Assembly (NCBI GenBank): GCA_963728055.1
Contig: CAVSIM010000027.1
Location: 157,866-221,865, forward strand
Direction of reading: 5' to 3'
DNA: 64,000 nucleotides
Source: an uncultured delta proteobacterium
GTDB taxonomy: Bacteria > Desulfobacterota > Desulfobacteria > Desulfobacterales > SG8-13
The notes below the pieces were generated by a model. That model ran no database searches. It had not been told where the DNA came from and saw only the letters and a list, made by a program, of their open reading frames with translations. Each line of letters opens with the position of its first letter. Position 1 is the stretch's first letter. Positions 1 to 9,500 of the stretch are shown here, in pieces. A program made the translations under genes and the position numbers.

Positions 1-207
1 CGCCCGATAAAGCTCGACGAGGAAAAGGTTACCGCCCTGAAGGAGGCCCACGACCAGTGGCAACAGCAGAGCGTTGCCGGCCAAGCGCAACAGAGCGCCG
101 TGGATTTTTCCGGAAAAGAACCGGGAACACCGGCGACGACAACGGCTGAAACCCCTGACGGCAGTTCGGTAAAAACAGGGCAGGAAGGGCCGGCCCAAAA
201 TGGATGA
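1..207 (+). CDS. Partial CDS (3' end), probable TatB/TatA-type Tat translocase C-terminal tail
   Basis: Frame 1 is open from the window edge to TGA at 205-207 and overlaps the tatC start (ATGGATGA). The translated tail (..EEKVTALKEAHDQWQQQSVAGQAQQ..PGTPATTTAETPDGSS..) is low-complexity, as TatB tails are. The call rests mainly on synteny with tatC. Confidence 0.35.
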   Translation, partial: RPIKLDEEKVTALKEAHDQWQQQSVAGQAQQSAVDFSGKEPGTPATTTAETPDGSSVKTGQEGPAQNG

Positions 208-973
208 AGAGGCGAAACTGCCCTTTACCGTTCACCTGGAAGAACTGCGCAAGCGCCTGATCGTTTGTTTCGCTGCGGTCGGCGTCGGCTTCGTGATCTG
301 CTACGGGTTCAAGGAATACCTGTTTCAAATCCTGGTCCATCCGCTGGTGAAGGTGATGCGGCCCGGCGATTCCCTCATTTTTACCGGACTTCCGGAAGCC
401 TTTTTTACCTATTTGAAAGTTGCCTTTCTGGCCGGATTGATGCTGGCCGCCCCGGTCATCATCTACCAATTCTGGGCTTTTGTGGCACCGGGTCTCTATG
501 ACAAGGAAAAAAGGCTGATGCTGCCGATCGTCTTTCTGTCCACCTTTTTTTTTGTCGGCGGCGCCCTGTTCGGCTATTTTCTCGTTTTTCCCTGGGGTTT
601 CCAGTTTTTCCTCGGATTTGCTTCGGATACCATCCGCCCCATGCCTTCGATGAAAGAATACCTCGGCTTCTCCGCCAAATTGCTCCTGGCTTTCGGGCTG
701 GTCTTCGAACTGCCCCTGGTGATCACTTTTCTGGCCCGCCTCGGCATCGTGTCGGTCGATTTCTTGAAAAAGAACCGCAAGTATGCCGTTCTGATATTTT
801 TTATCGGCGCGGCCATTTTGACGCCACCGGATGTCGTCACTCAGATCATGATGGCGGTGCCGTTGATGGCGCTATATGAGATCAGCATCGTCGGCGCACG
901 CCTCTTCGGGAAAAAGAAACCCGCGGAAGAGGCGGCGGCGGAAGAATCCGCCCCGGCCGGCGGCGGTGATTGA
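200..973 (+). CDS. tatC: Twin-arginine translocase subunit TatC
   Basis: 257-aa polytopic membrane ORF. The N-terminus (PFTVHLEELRKRLI) and hydrophobic segment layout are typical of the TatC family. Confidence 0.9.
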   Translation: MDEEAKLPFTVHLEELRKRLIVCFAAVGVGFVICYGFKEYLFQILVHPLVKVMRPGDSLIFTGLPEAFFTYLKVAFLAGLMLAAPVIIYQFWAFVAPGLYDKEKRLMLPIVFLSTFFFVGGALFGYFLVFPWGFQFFLGFASDTIRPMPSMKEYLGFSAKLLLAFGLVFELPLVITFLARLGIVSVDFLKKNRKYAVLIFFIGAAILTPPDVVTQIMMAVPLMALYEISIVGARLFGKKKPAEEAAAEESAPAGGGD

Positions 974-1324
974 GAACCGGGACGCCTTGAAAAAGGTAGG
1001 GTTTATAGGCATTGACATGCGCCGGGAGGCTTGGTAACAACTGCGCGCATCTGGGGAAGTTTTCCGTTCGTTGGCTTGCCGGTTTTCCGAAAAGTCGTCG
1101 GCCGTCCTACAGCAGCCTTTCGGCGGTGCGTTAAAGATGGGATTATTTGACCGTACGAAAACGCTTTTTACCAGCATCGGCAGCATGCCGCGGATAGGCC
1201 GGCACGTTCAGAACGGCCGGTCATTTTCGACCGATCTCTTGCGGTTAAGCGGCAGCGGAAATGTTCGGGGTCCGTTCGGAAAGTTGCAGGAAATGACACA
1301 TTGAGGAAAGGAGGTTGAAAACAG

Positions 1325-1804
1325 ATGATGAAAATGCGTTCATTGTTGATTGCCATGGTCATCGGAGTTGCCCTCGTGTTTTTCGCAGCTGGAATCTATG
1401 CCGCCACCAAGGCGGAGGATGTCATCAAAATTCAGGACAAAAAGTGCGAGTACACCAAGGGCATCGTCGAGTTCAGCCACAAAAAACACGCCGAGGAGTA
1501 TGCCAAAAAAGCGCCGGACCTGTACAAGGACAACTGCGGCACCTGCCACCACGATGACAAGGGCAAACCGCTGGCCAATCTCGCTGCCGGCCAGGAAGTG
1601 AAACGGTGCATCGAGTGTCACGACAAGTGCGGTGAAGCACCCAAGGGCAAGGATGCCCCCAAGCTCACGGACAAGGAAAAGCGGGCGTATGTCGCCGAGG
1701 CTTTCCACACGAACTGCCGCGATTGTCACAAGGATTTCAACAAGGCCAACAATACCAAGGACGCACCGACCACCTGTACCAAGTGTCATCCCAAGAGCGA
1801 GTAG
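1325..1804 (+). CDS. Periplasmic tetraheme cytochrome c3 (class III)
   Basis: 159-aa ORF with a signal peptide (MMKMRSLLIAMVIGVALVFFAAGIYA) and four CXXCH motifs (CGTCH, CIECH, CRDCH, CTKCH). AGGAGG RBS lies just upstream. Confidence 0.9.
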   Translation: MMKMRSLLIAMVIGVALVFFAAGIYAATKAEDVIKIQDKKCEYTKGIVEFSHKKHAEEYAKKAPDLYKDNCGTCHHDDKGKPLANLAAGQEVKRCIECHDKCGEAPKGKDAPKLTDKEKRAYVAEAFHTNCRDCHKDFNKANNTKDAPTTCTKCHPKSE

Positions 1805-1836
1805 TCAGACGCGGGTTATCATCGTTGAAAATTTGA

Positions 1837-1877
1837 GGGCGGGCAGCAGCCAAAGCGGCGGCGGCCCGCCTTTTTTT
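1837..1877 (+). terminator. Rho-independent terminator after the cytochrome c3 gene
   Basis: GGGCGGGC (1837-1844) pairs with GCCCGCC (1864-1870) and is followed by TTTTTTT (1871-1877). It lies between convergent genes, so it may act on both. Confidence 0.6.
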
Positions 1878-1918
1878 GTCGCGGCGGCGGTTGACCACCG
1901 CACAACGCCACGACCCGC

Positions 1919-2761
1919 TCAACCGGAATCATGCTTTAGAACCAGGCCGGCCCAGCTTTTTTCAGCCGCTTGCCAGGAGCAGGAAAATCCCAGGCAGTCA
2001 TATACCGCCAGCAGGTCCTCTTGTTCAGCGCATTTTATACCGGCCAGCACCAGTAAGCCGCTCGTCGCCAGATGCGAGCCGATTTGCCGTCCCAAGCGCC
2101 TTAACGTCGGATACCGCAAATTAGCGGTAATGATCGTAAACCGCTCGCCGTCCGGCAGCTGTGAAAGGGTCTGGTCCGTGACCAAAAAGCGGGCCGCCAG
2201 ACCATTAACGGCTGCGTTCTCTCGGGCCTCTGCGCGCGCGCACGGGTCCGGATCGATCCCCACGGCCCGTCCGATTCCCAGGTGCAGGGCCGCGATGGCC
2301 AGAATTCCGGAACCGGTGCCGATATCTAAAAGAGCCGTCTCTTTGCCCGAAATGCGGCCGCCGGCTGCGGCCGCATCGACTCCGCGCAAGGCCAGGCGGG
2401 TTGACGGGTGGCGGCCCGTGCCGAAGGACGCACCGGGGGCAATCCGGACAACCGCGCCGGGGGGAGATGTCGCGACCTGGGGATCGATGCCTGGTGGCAG
2501 GACGACGATGTGTTCGCTGACCCGCAGCGGCTGCTGCGGGGATATGTCCAGGTAGCTGGTGCCGTATTCGTAGCTGTAGGCCAGCTCTCCGGCAGCCAGC
2601 AGGTGCCTGATCACGTCGCGGGCGCGGCGGGTGCCGATCAGGTACCGCTGTGAAAGGACTTTTTGAAGTTGGGAAGGGCTGACCTTGTGCAGCGCAGCAC
2701 AAACGTATTCAACGGCAAAATCAAGTATTTCCCGGTTTGACACTCGCTTGGCTCTCTTCAC
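1919..2761 (-). CDS. prmA: PrmA-family (ribosomal protein L11) methyltransferase
   Basis: PrmA signature GASFGTGRHPSTRLAL and SAM-binding LDIGTGSGILAIAA. The track ORF extends to 3115 but that part overlaps dsrN. GTG at 2761 is the first plausible start; the start is uncertain. Confidence 0.7.
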   Translation of the reverse strand: MKRAKRVSNREILDFAVEYVCAALHKVSPSQLQKVLSQRYLIGTRRARDVIRHLLAAGELAYSYEYGTSYLDISPQQPLRVSEHIVVLPPGIDPQVATSPPGAVVRIAPGASFGTGRHPSTRLALRGVDAAAAGGRISGKETALLDIGTGSGILAIAALHLGIGRAVGIDPDPCARAEARENAAVNGLAARFLVTDQTLSQLPDGERFTIITANLRYPTLRRLGRQIGSHLATSGLLVLAGIKCAEQEDLLAVYDCLGFSCSWQAAEKSWAGLVLKHDSG

Positions 2762-4175
2762 GGGCCGCGGCGCCCTGCCGGAAAGACCGGGCCATATGGA
2801 CCACGGCTTCGGCCCAGGACGGCGCGCCGAGAGCATGCAGATGGGTGTAGGTGGCCAATACATTTTTCCGGCAGGCCCCGTCCCTTCCTTCCCAAATGCC
2901 GGCGCCGCGTCGCATGCGAAAGACCAGGTCCGCGTCCTGGCCCCCCCATTCCAGCACCCGTGAGTAGTGAAATTCATGTCCGCGGTACTCGCTGCCAACT
3001 GAAAAATAGGGGTTGGGGCGATCGACGGATATAATCGTGTAGCCGTGTCCCTGCGGGCGTTTGGAAAAACCGTACGAAATCGGCAGCACGCCTGCCATGG
3101 GATAGGTCCGGTCATCCAGAATCAGCTCTTTGCCCAGGTACATCAGCCCCCCGCACTCGGCGTAAACCGGCAGGCCGCTCTCGGCCAGGCGCTTCAGTTT
3201 TTCCCTGAAGCGCACGTTTTGCGCCAGCGCCTCGGCGTGGGTCTCCGGAAAACCGCCGCCGATATACAGTCCATCGATGGTCGGAATGGTGTCGGTGGCC
3301 AGCGGGCTGAAAAAGACGATATCGGCTCCGGCGGACGAAAGCGCCGCGATATTTTCGGGATAATAAAACTGAAAGGCCGAATCCCGGATGATGCCGATGC
3401 GCGGCGCCGTCGCATCGGCGGCCGGCGACGGACGGCAGCCGCCGGGCTCGGGGTCCGCCGGTATCGATGGCGGCGACCGAAGCACCGGGGCGCGATCGGC
3501 GATATCGATCAAGGCCGCCATGTCGATGTGTTTTTCCGCGATCGCGGCCGTGGCATCGATCGAATCGCGCGCCCAGCCATGTTCCGGCGTCGGCACGAGG
3601 CCCATGTGCCGCTCCGGAAAATTCTGACGGTTCAGCTTGGGAACGGCACCGATCACCGGCACCCCGCAGTGGCTCTCGATGCTTTGGCGCAGGATGGTTT
3701 CATGCCGGGAGCCGGCCACCCGGTTCAAGATGACCCCCTTCAGGGCCACATCGCGGTCGAACTGTTCGCAACCGGCGACGACGGCCGCCGCGGTGCGGGT
3801 GGTCTTGGAGGCATCGATGCACATGAGGACCGGCGTCTGAAGCAATTTGGCCAGCTCGGCGCTGCTGGTGGTTCCGTCGACGTCGATGCCGTCGAAGAGC
3901 CCGCGGTTGCCTTCGATGACGGCAATGGCCCGGGGAGAGGAATGGGCGAGGAAAGAGGACAGCACGCGTGCCGCAGGAACCATGAAGGTGTCCAGATTGA
4001 AGCAGGGCCGGCCTGCCGCCAGGGCAAGCCAGCCCGCATCGATATAATCCGGACCTTTTTTAAACGGCAAAACGGTATGACCGCGACGGCACAGGGCCGC
4101 GATAACGCCGATGGAAAGGATGGTCTTTCCCGAACCGCCCCGCAAAGCCGAAATCATTATTCTGGGAAGTACCAA
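2721..4175 (-). CDS. dsrN: Cobyrinic acid a,c-diamide synthase homolog, DsrN-type (siroheme amidase)
   Basis: CobB/CbiA family: N-terminal P-loop RGGSGKT and C-terminal glutamine amidotransferase motif YAECGGLMYLG. It sits directly downstream of dsrABD, the known position of dsrN. Confidence 0.8.
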   Translation of the reverse strand: MVLPRIMISALRGGSGKTILSIGVIAALCRRGHTVLPFKKGPDYIDAGWLALAAGRPCFNLDTFMVPAARVLSSFLAHSSPRAIAVIEGNRGLFDGIDVDGTTSSAELAKLLQTPVLMCIDASKTTRTAAAVVAGCEQFDRDVALKGVILNRVAGSRHETILRQSIESHCGVPVIGAVPKLNRQNFPERHMGLVPTPEHGWARDSIDATAAIAEKHIDMAALIDIADRAPVLRSPPSIPADPEPGGCRPSPAADATAPRIGIIRDSAFQFYYPENIAALSSAGADIVFFSPLATDTIPTIDGLYIGGGFPETHAEALAQNVRFREKLKRLAESGLPVYAECGGLMYLGKELILDDRTYPMAGVLPISYGFSKRPQGHGYTIISVDRPNPYFSVGSEYRGHEFHYSRVLEWGGQDADLVFRMRRGAGIWEGRDGACRKNVLATYTHLHALGAPSWAEAVVHMARSFRQGAAAREESQASVKPGNT

Positions 4176-4252
4176 ACCAACCTGCCTGCAACATCAGCAA
4201 CTGTCAAACAGCGGAAATGCGGTGAACGGACACTGCAAAAACCGGTCGGGGT

Positions 4253-4501
4253 CTACCCTTCTTTTTCTTCGTGCTCGGCCGCGGCCTGTTTGCCGGTTCC
4301 GGGCATGCCATACATGGACGTGCTGCCACTGGACCAGTATTCCAAGACGCCTTCCTCGACCAGCTTGTTGACGATCTTCTTGGCATCCCGGGGTTTGGAT
4401 TCGAGAATCTTGGCCAGGTCGTTGAAATAAAACTTCGACTTGGTCTTGAGCTTTTTTGTCAACTCGGTGACAATTTTCTGTTTTGCCTCTTCGTATTCCA
4501 T
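4253..4501 (-). CDS. dsrD: Dissimilatory sulfite reductase-associated protein DsrD
   Basis: 82-aa lysine-rich winged-helix-type protein (..KFYFNDLAKILESKPRDAKKIVNKLVEEGVLEYWSSGSTSMYG..) immediately after dsrB. Confidence 0.9.
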   Translation of the reverse strand: MEYEEAKQKIVTELTKKLKTKSKFYFNDLAKILESKPRDAKKIVNKLVEEGVLEYWSSGSTSMYGMPGTGKQAAAEHEEKEG

Positions 4502-4523
4502 GGTGAGCCCCTTTTCGGAGAAT

Positions 4524-4557
4524 GCGGGGGGCCCCGCGATACTGCGCTGCCCCCCGC
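4524..4557 (-). promoter_or_regulatory. GC-rich intercistronic stem-loop between dsrB and dsrD
   Basis: GCGGGGGG (4524-4531) is complementary to CCCCCCGC (4550-4557) with an 18-nt loop. It lies in the 76-nt dsrB-dsrD spacer. Confidence 0.4.
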
Positions 4558-4577
4558 CTCGGTTCGCGCTTGTCGGT

Positions 4578-5723
4578 TTAGAACTTGAACTGACTGGTTT
4601 GACGCCAGGTGTAGTACGCCGGATCGCGGAAATCGTCGATCAGGTGGTGCGTGAATTCAAGATCGCATTTCTCGAAGAACCGCTCCCAGCCGATTCTTTC
4701 GGCCCATTCCCCGAGGCGCTCGTATTTCCGGGCATCGGCGCTGTAGGCTTCGACGATCTTTTTGATCACATCCGTGGTCTCGGGCCAGCGCGGCGCATTG
4801 TTGGGCAGAAAGGCCACGACGACCTTGGAGAACTTCGGCGCGCTGATGCGGTTGGACACCTTGCCGCCCGCCATGATGACGATGCCGTCGCCTTCCTTGT
4901 CGGCCAGCGGCATGGCCGGGCACATGGTGTAGCAGTTGCCGCAGAACATGCAGCGCTCGTTGTTGACGGCGACGCTGTTGACTTTGGCGCCGCCCACTTC
5001 CACCTTCGACGGCTTGATGGCCGCGGTGGGGCAGGCCGCGATGGCCAGCGGGATTTCGCACATCTTGTCGAGATACTCGTGGTCGAGCATCGGCGGCTTG
5101 CGGTGGTACCCCAGAATGGCGATGTCCGAGCAGTGAACCGCGCCGCACATGTTCAGGCAGCAGGCCAATGAAATGCGCAGCTTGGCCGGCAGTTTGTGGC
5201 TCTTGAAATAGTCGAACATTTCGTCCATCACGGCCTTGACCGGTCCGGATGCGTCGGTGGCCGGCGTGTGGCAGTGGACCCAGCCCTGGGTGTGAACGAT
5301 ATTGGTGATCGAGGTGCCGGTGCCGCCCACCGGGAACTTGAAGCTGCCGCCGTCGAACTTGCGGCTTTCCAGGTCATTGACCAGCGCGTCGACCTTGGAC
5401 TGGTCGTCCACCATGAATTCGATGTTGTTGCGGGTGGTCCAGCGGACATAGCCGCCGCAGTGCTTCTCGGCAATTTCGCAGATCTCGCGGATCATGGCGG
5501 TGCTCATCAGCCGCGCCCCGCCGCAGCGCACGGTGAAGACCTTGTCGCCGGATTTGGCCACGTGCACCAGGACTCCGGGTTTGAGAACTTCATGGTACTG
5601 CCACTGGCCCTTGTTCTTGGCGATGACCGGAGGGTAAAACTCATCGTATTTGCGCGGACCGATGTCGGTGATCCGGTCTTTCATCGGTTCTTTGGGATTG
5701 TATCCGGAAGAAATAAATGCCAT
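4578..5723 (-). CDS. dsrB: Dissimilatory sulfite reductase beta subunit
   Basis: 381-aa ORF. N-terminus [34 protein letters not shown] and ferredoxin-like [12 protein letters not shown] insert. GGGAGGGG RBS. Confidence 0.95.
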   Translation of the reverse strand: MAFISSGYNPKEPMKDRITDIGPRKYDEFYPPVIAKNKGQWQYHEVLKPGVLVHVAKSGDKVFTVRCGGARLMSTAMIREICEIAEKHCGGYVRWTTRNNIEFMVDDQSKVDALVNDLESRKFDGGSFKFPVGGTGTSITNIVHTQGWVHCHTPATDASGPVKAVMDEMFDYFKSHKLPAKLRISLACCLNMCGAVHCSDIAILGYHRKPPMLDHEYLDKMCEIPLAIAACPTAAIKPSKVEVGGAKVNSVAVNNERCMFCGNCYTMCPAMPLADKEGDGIVIMAGGKVSNRISAPKFSKVVVAFLPNNAPRWPETTDVIKKIVEAYSADARKYERLGEWAERIGWERFFEKCDLEFTHHLIDDFRDPAYYTWRQTSQFKF

Positions 5724-5737
5724 GGTGATTCCCCTCC

Positions 5738-7051
5738 CTATCTCTTGTGGTGTTTTCTGAATTCGTTGATGTCCCGTCCCCAGCCACCTTCCACTTCATC
5801 TTCCTTCCAGAAGATGTAGGGATTCGAGCGTGGTTCGATGACATGGCGTGCATCGGGCTTTATGCCGGTCGCCTCGAGCAGTTTCTGGAAGCCTTGGCGC
5901 TTCATGAGTTCGCCCAGGCGCTCGCGGTTCTTGCCTTCCTCCATCCACCAGTCCCAGATGCCCTCGATGACTTCCTTGATCTCGTCGTAGGGCTCTTCGG
6001 CCTTGACGAAGGGAACCAGCAGGGAGCCCATCTGGGCACCGTCGAGGATGGGGGCCTTGGCCCCGACCAGCATCGACAGGCCTCTGTCGTCGCCGATGTG
6101 CAGCGCTTTGGGCATGACGTCGATGCAGTGCATGCAGCGGTTGCACTCCTTGTTGTCGATCATCAGTTTTTTGTCTTCCATCCACATGCACTCGGTCGGG
6201 CACAGCCGGATGACTTCCTTCTGGATGCTGAAAGCGCCCCAGTCACGACCGTCCTTGTCGCCGGCATTGGGGGGGAGTTCGCCGCCGATGTAAGCCTGGA
6301 CGGCTTCCTGGTCGATTTTGATGTCATCCTTCCAGGTGCCGATGAAAGAGATGTCGGACCGGGCGATGGAGGCCACGCAGCAATTGGGGCAGCCGTCGAA
6401 CTTGAACTTGAACTTGTAGGGAAAGGCCGGGCGGTGAAGCTCGTCCTGGTATTCGTTGGTCAGGGTGTAGCACAGCGCCTGGGTGTCGTAGCAGGCATAT
6501 TCGCAGCGCGCCTGGCCAATGCAGTCCGAAGGGGTCCGCAGGTTGGATCCGGAACCGCCAAGGTCCTGGTTGTAGGTGTGGGTCAATTCATAAAAAACTT
6601 CTTCCAGCTGCGGGGTGGTGGTCCCCAGGAAGATGATGTCGCCGGTCGAGCCGTGCATGTTGGTGATGCCGCTGCCGCGCAGGTCCCACAGATCGCACAG
6701 CTGCTTCAGGTATTCGGTCGTGTAGAACTTGCCGCCCGGCTGGTTGACGCGCATGGTGTGGAAATGAGCGACCCCGGGAAACATTTCCGGTTGATCGCAG
6801 TAGCGTCCGATGACACCGCCGCCGTAGCCGAAAACGCCGACGATCCCGCCGTGCTTCCAATGGGTCGCGCCATCCTTGAAGGAGAGTTCAAGAATGCCCA
6901 AAAGGTCATCGACAACATCGACGGGAATCTGGAATTCGACGCCTTCCGCGTTCTTGGCCCGCTTTTCGGCCTGCTGCTTCAGGTCCGAAACAAAGCTCGG
7001 CCATGGCCCAGACTCAAGCTGGTCCAACATAGGGGTTGCGTGTTTCGCCAT
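5738..7051 (-). CDS. dsrA: Dissimilatory sulfite reductase alpha subunit
   Basis: 437-aa ORF starting [25 protein letters not shown], with siroheme/4Fe-4S cysteine motifs (CPNCC, CNRCMHC). GGAGGT RBS. dsrB follows 14 nt downstream. Confidence 0.95.
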   Translation of the reverse strand: MAKHATPMLDQLESGPWPSFVSDLKQQAEKRAKNAEGVEFQIPVDVVDDLLGILELSFKDGATHWKHGGIVGVFGYGGGVIGRYCDQPEMFPGVAHFHTMRVNQPGGKFYTTEYLKQLCDLWDLRGSGITNMHGSTGDIIFLGTTTPQLEEVFYELTHTYNQDLGGSGSNLRTPSDCIGQARCEYACYDTQALCYTLTNEYQDELHRPAFPYKFKFKFDGCPNCCVASIARSDISFIGTWKDDIKIDQEAVQAYIGGELPPNAGDKDGRDWGAFSIQKEVIRLCPTECMWMEDKKLMIDNKECNRCMHCIDVMPKALHIGDDRGLSMLVGAKAPILDGAQMGSLLVPFVKAEEPYDEIKEVIEGIWDWWMEEGKNRERLGELMKRQGFQKLLEATGIKPDARHVIEPRSNPYIFWKEDEVEGGWGRDINEFRKHHKR

Positions 7052-7191
7052 CTTTTTACCTCCATTGATTTTTTTGAAAAATTGACTTGAATGCCTCTAT
7101 CGCTACGCTGTCGTGCCCGGAGGGCGCCTCATTTCACCTCCTCTCACCATTTTTATTTGCGCGGGTTCGTTACCATGTTTAGCAAAGGGCA

Positions 7192-7220
7192 GCTATAAGA
7201 TGAATGCCTGGCCTTGTCAA
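7192..7220 (-). promoter_or_regulatory. Candidate sigma70-type promoter of the dsr operon
   Basis: On the minus strand: TTGACA (7220-7215), a 17-nt spacer, then TATAGC (7197-7192). This implies a leader of about 135 nt before the dsrA ATG. Confidence 0.5.
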
Positions 7221-7315
7221 TAAAAAAGCTCCGGAAAACGGGGGCGGCCGACGAACCTGCTCATTGAATCTGCCGTTTTTCCACTTATTTGGGTCGTGTG
7301 CCGGTTCAAACCGCA

Positions 7316-8596
7316 TCATATGGGGGGTGCCCCGCGTTCGGGCCTCAACCCGTGGATGGCCCGGGTCAACTCCTCGCCGTGGCGCTCGAGGTGCTCCCGG
7401 ACCAGGGCGGTCTCGGCCGCGGGGCCCCGCATGCGCAAAACGATCCCCGCCAGGAGCGCATCGCGATCTTCGCCCGTAAGCGCTTTGAGATACGTTGCAA
7501 ATAGGCCGGGCAATCCGGGCGGAATCCGCTCGCAGCGCACCTGCAGCGCCAGGCCGTCGAAAAATCCGTCGACAGCCGCCGCCACGGCCGCCTCGTCGGC
7601 CCAACCGTAAGCCCCCACCCCGTCGAACCGGTCCAGACGAAGCCGGATCGACAGTTTAAGAAAAAAGACCAGGAGGGCCTGCAGGATGGTGTCCGCATTT
7701 ACGGGAACGTCGGCGAACAGGGGCGCATAGTTTCGAACGGTGATCAGGCGCAGATCGATCTGCGGCCCGCCTGTTTTGACGATGAAATCACCGGCGGCGT
7801 TGTGCCAGGAAGCGATGTGCTCGAACGACCCCAGGTCATAGTACGCCGTCAGAATAAGGGCGGCGCGGCGGTAAATCGCAGCCCGCTGAAGCGCCGGCAG
7901 CGGCCGGACGCCTGCGACCGGGTCCCAGACCACGAGCCGGCACTTCTTTCCGGCCGATGGGGCGGGTGCACGGCCACCCGGATCAGCTGACAGGTGAAAT
8001 TCGTGATATCCCTCCAGCCACTCCCCCACAAACATGTCGAGGCGGCCCGGAAGCACGGCTTGGCCCCGGCCGTAGACCCGCGGCAGAAAGCGGTAGGGAA
8101 ACCGGTTGCCCAGCCGCCGCATGTTGCCGTAATCCCGCCCGAGAAAGGCCCGGCCGGTTCTGGTCACCGCGACGTTGACCACGAAGGCCGGCCGGGTGTT
8201 TCCCACCTCCACGGTCACCCGCGCCGGATGATAATACCGGCCGTGTTTTTCCAGGTAAATCCGCAGGGGCCCCAGGTCCGACGGCGCCACCGACCGCCCC
8301 GATTGTTCCTTCACGGCACCGACCAGCACAGCGAATCGACCGGCGGTTAAAAAGCGGCGAACGGCCTGGAAATAATCGCCGTAAGACACCCCGGGCTCGC
8401 CGGCACTTTCGGCGCCGGTGCCGGCGGGTCCAAGGGGCAGGGGCCTTCGCCAGCAGGGCGCGCGCGCGGTGACCGGCGTGTCGTCGGCGGCCAAAAAATA
8501 AAGGACTCTCCGTTTGAGACGACCGGAGCCGCCGACCGCGGTCTGCGGATTACCGATGGCGCTCGATCTCCGCCAGAATTTCCGGCGCGACGTCAA
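7316..8596 (-). CDS. Hypothetical protein, no family recognised
   Basis: 426-aa ORF on the same strand as, and directly upstream of, the dsr promoter. The TTG start at 8596 overlaps the TPR gene by 47 nt; an alternative GTG lies at 8389. No motif could be assigned with confidence. Confidence 0.6.
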   Translation of the reverse strand: MTSRRKFWRRSSAIGNPQTAVGGSGRLKRRVLYFLAADDTPVTARAPCWRRPLPLGPAGTGAESAGEPGVSYGDYFQAVRRFLTAGRFAVLVGAVKEQSGRSVAPSDLGPLRIYLEKHGRYYHPARVTVEVGNTRPAFVVNVAVTRTGRAFLGRDYGNMRRLGNRFPYRFLPRVYGRGQAVLPGRLDMFVGEWLEGYHEFHLSADPGGRAPAPSAGKKCRLVVWDPVAGVRPLPALQRAAIYRRAALILTAYYDLGSFEHIASWHNAAGDFIVKTGGPQIDLRLITVRNYAPLFADVPVNADTILQALLVFFLKLSIRLRLDRFDGVGAYGWADEAAVAAAVDGFFDGLALQVRCERIPPGLPGLFATYLKALTGEDRDALLAGIVLRMRGPAAETALVREHLERHGEELTRAIHGLRPERGAPPI

Positions 8597-9212
8597 ATCC
8601 GAGTTCCACGGCCTTGTCGCAATGGATCACGGCCGCGGCGTGATCCCCCTTTTCGAGGTAGGCAATGGCCAGATTGTTGTGAGCCGGCGCAAAATCCGGT
8701 TGCAGCTTGAGCACCTTGAGGTTGGTCTCGATGCTGTCCTCGACGCGGCCTTTCATCAGGTAGGCGTTGGCCAGGGTGGTGAGGGCCTGCGCAAAGCGGA
8801 AATTAAAAAAGGTGGCTTTTTCCAGCGCCTCGATCGCCTCATCGACGTTTCCGCGCTGCAGTTCGACGAAGCCGATGTTGCCATAGCCCTCCGAGAAACC
8901 GGGCCGGGCCTTGACCGCCATCTTGTTGTATTCCAGGCATCCGTCCAGATCGCCGCGCTGCAGCTGAATGCCGCCGATCTGCACATACGCCTCGGCCAGG
9001 CCCTGGCTGCACTCGATCGCCTTGCGAAACTCTTTTTCGGCTTCGTCGAATTTCTTCTGGCCGGCCAGGGCGACCCCCAGGTTGTAGTGCGACACGCCGC
9101 AGTCGGGATTCGCGGCGATCGCCGCCCGCTGTTTGGCCGTATATTCGTGTACGTCATTTGCCTGCGTCATATGATCGACATCTCCTTTGTAAGTAAATGT
9201 TGTCGTCGGCAC
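8550..9212 (-). CDS. Tetratricopeptide (TPR) repeat protein
   Basis: 220-aa ORF made of successive 34-residue TPR-like units (..HYNLGVALAGQKKFDEAEKEFRKAIE.., ..AHNNLAIAYLEKGDHAAAVIHCDKAVE..). Confidence 0.8.
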   Translation of the reverse strand: MPTTTFTYKGDVDHMTQANDVHEYTAKQRAAIAANPDCGVSHYNLGVALAGQKKFDEAEKEFRKAIECSQGLAEAYVQIGGIQLQRGDLDGCLEYNKMAVKARPGFSEGYGNIGFVELQRGNVDEAIEALEKATFFNFRFAQALTTLANAYLMKGRVEDSIETNLKVLKLQPDFAPAHNNLAIAYLEKGDHAAAVIHCDKAVELGFDVAPEILAEIERHR

Positions 9213-9500
9213 GGCGGCGCCTGCCGCTGCCGCCAGGAGGCATTCAACTTCCGTTGATCGTGCCCGAATTCAGGCCCGAAGAGCGGATCACATCCCCTTT
9301 TCCCCTTTTTTCCCTAATATGCCTGCTATTCGATGTCAAGGCGGGGCCGCAGCCAAACGCGCGGGCTTACGGCCGCCGACGCCTTTCCTGACGCCAGATT
9401 TTTTCTTGACATACCGGGGCCTTTTCTCTACCGTCACAGGTGACATGCGCCGCGCCGCCGCGGCGGGTCGCCTTGCCATAACGCACGAAAGGGGGTCGCC

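Noticed and set aside
29-469. 146-aa minus-strand ORF at the window start
   Set aside because: It is antisense to the TatB-like tail and the tatC start, has a Gly/Arg/Gln-rich low-complexity translation and has no RBS or family signal.
5747-7090. 447-aa plus-strand ORF covering the whole dsrA locus
   Set aside because: It is exactly antisense to a confidently identified dsrA. Its composition (Val/Ala/Gly/Asp-rich, no motifs) is typical of high-GC shadow ORFs. The same reasoning applies to 5196-5819 and 4440-5171, opposite dsrB.
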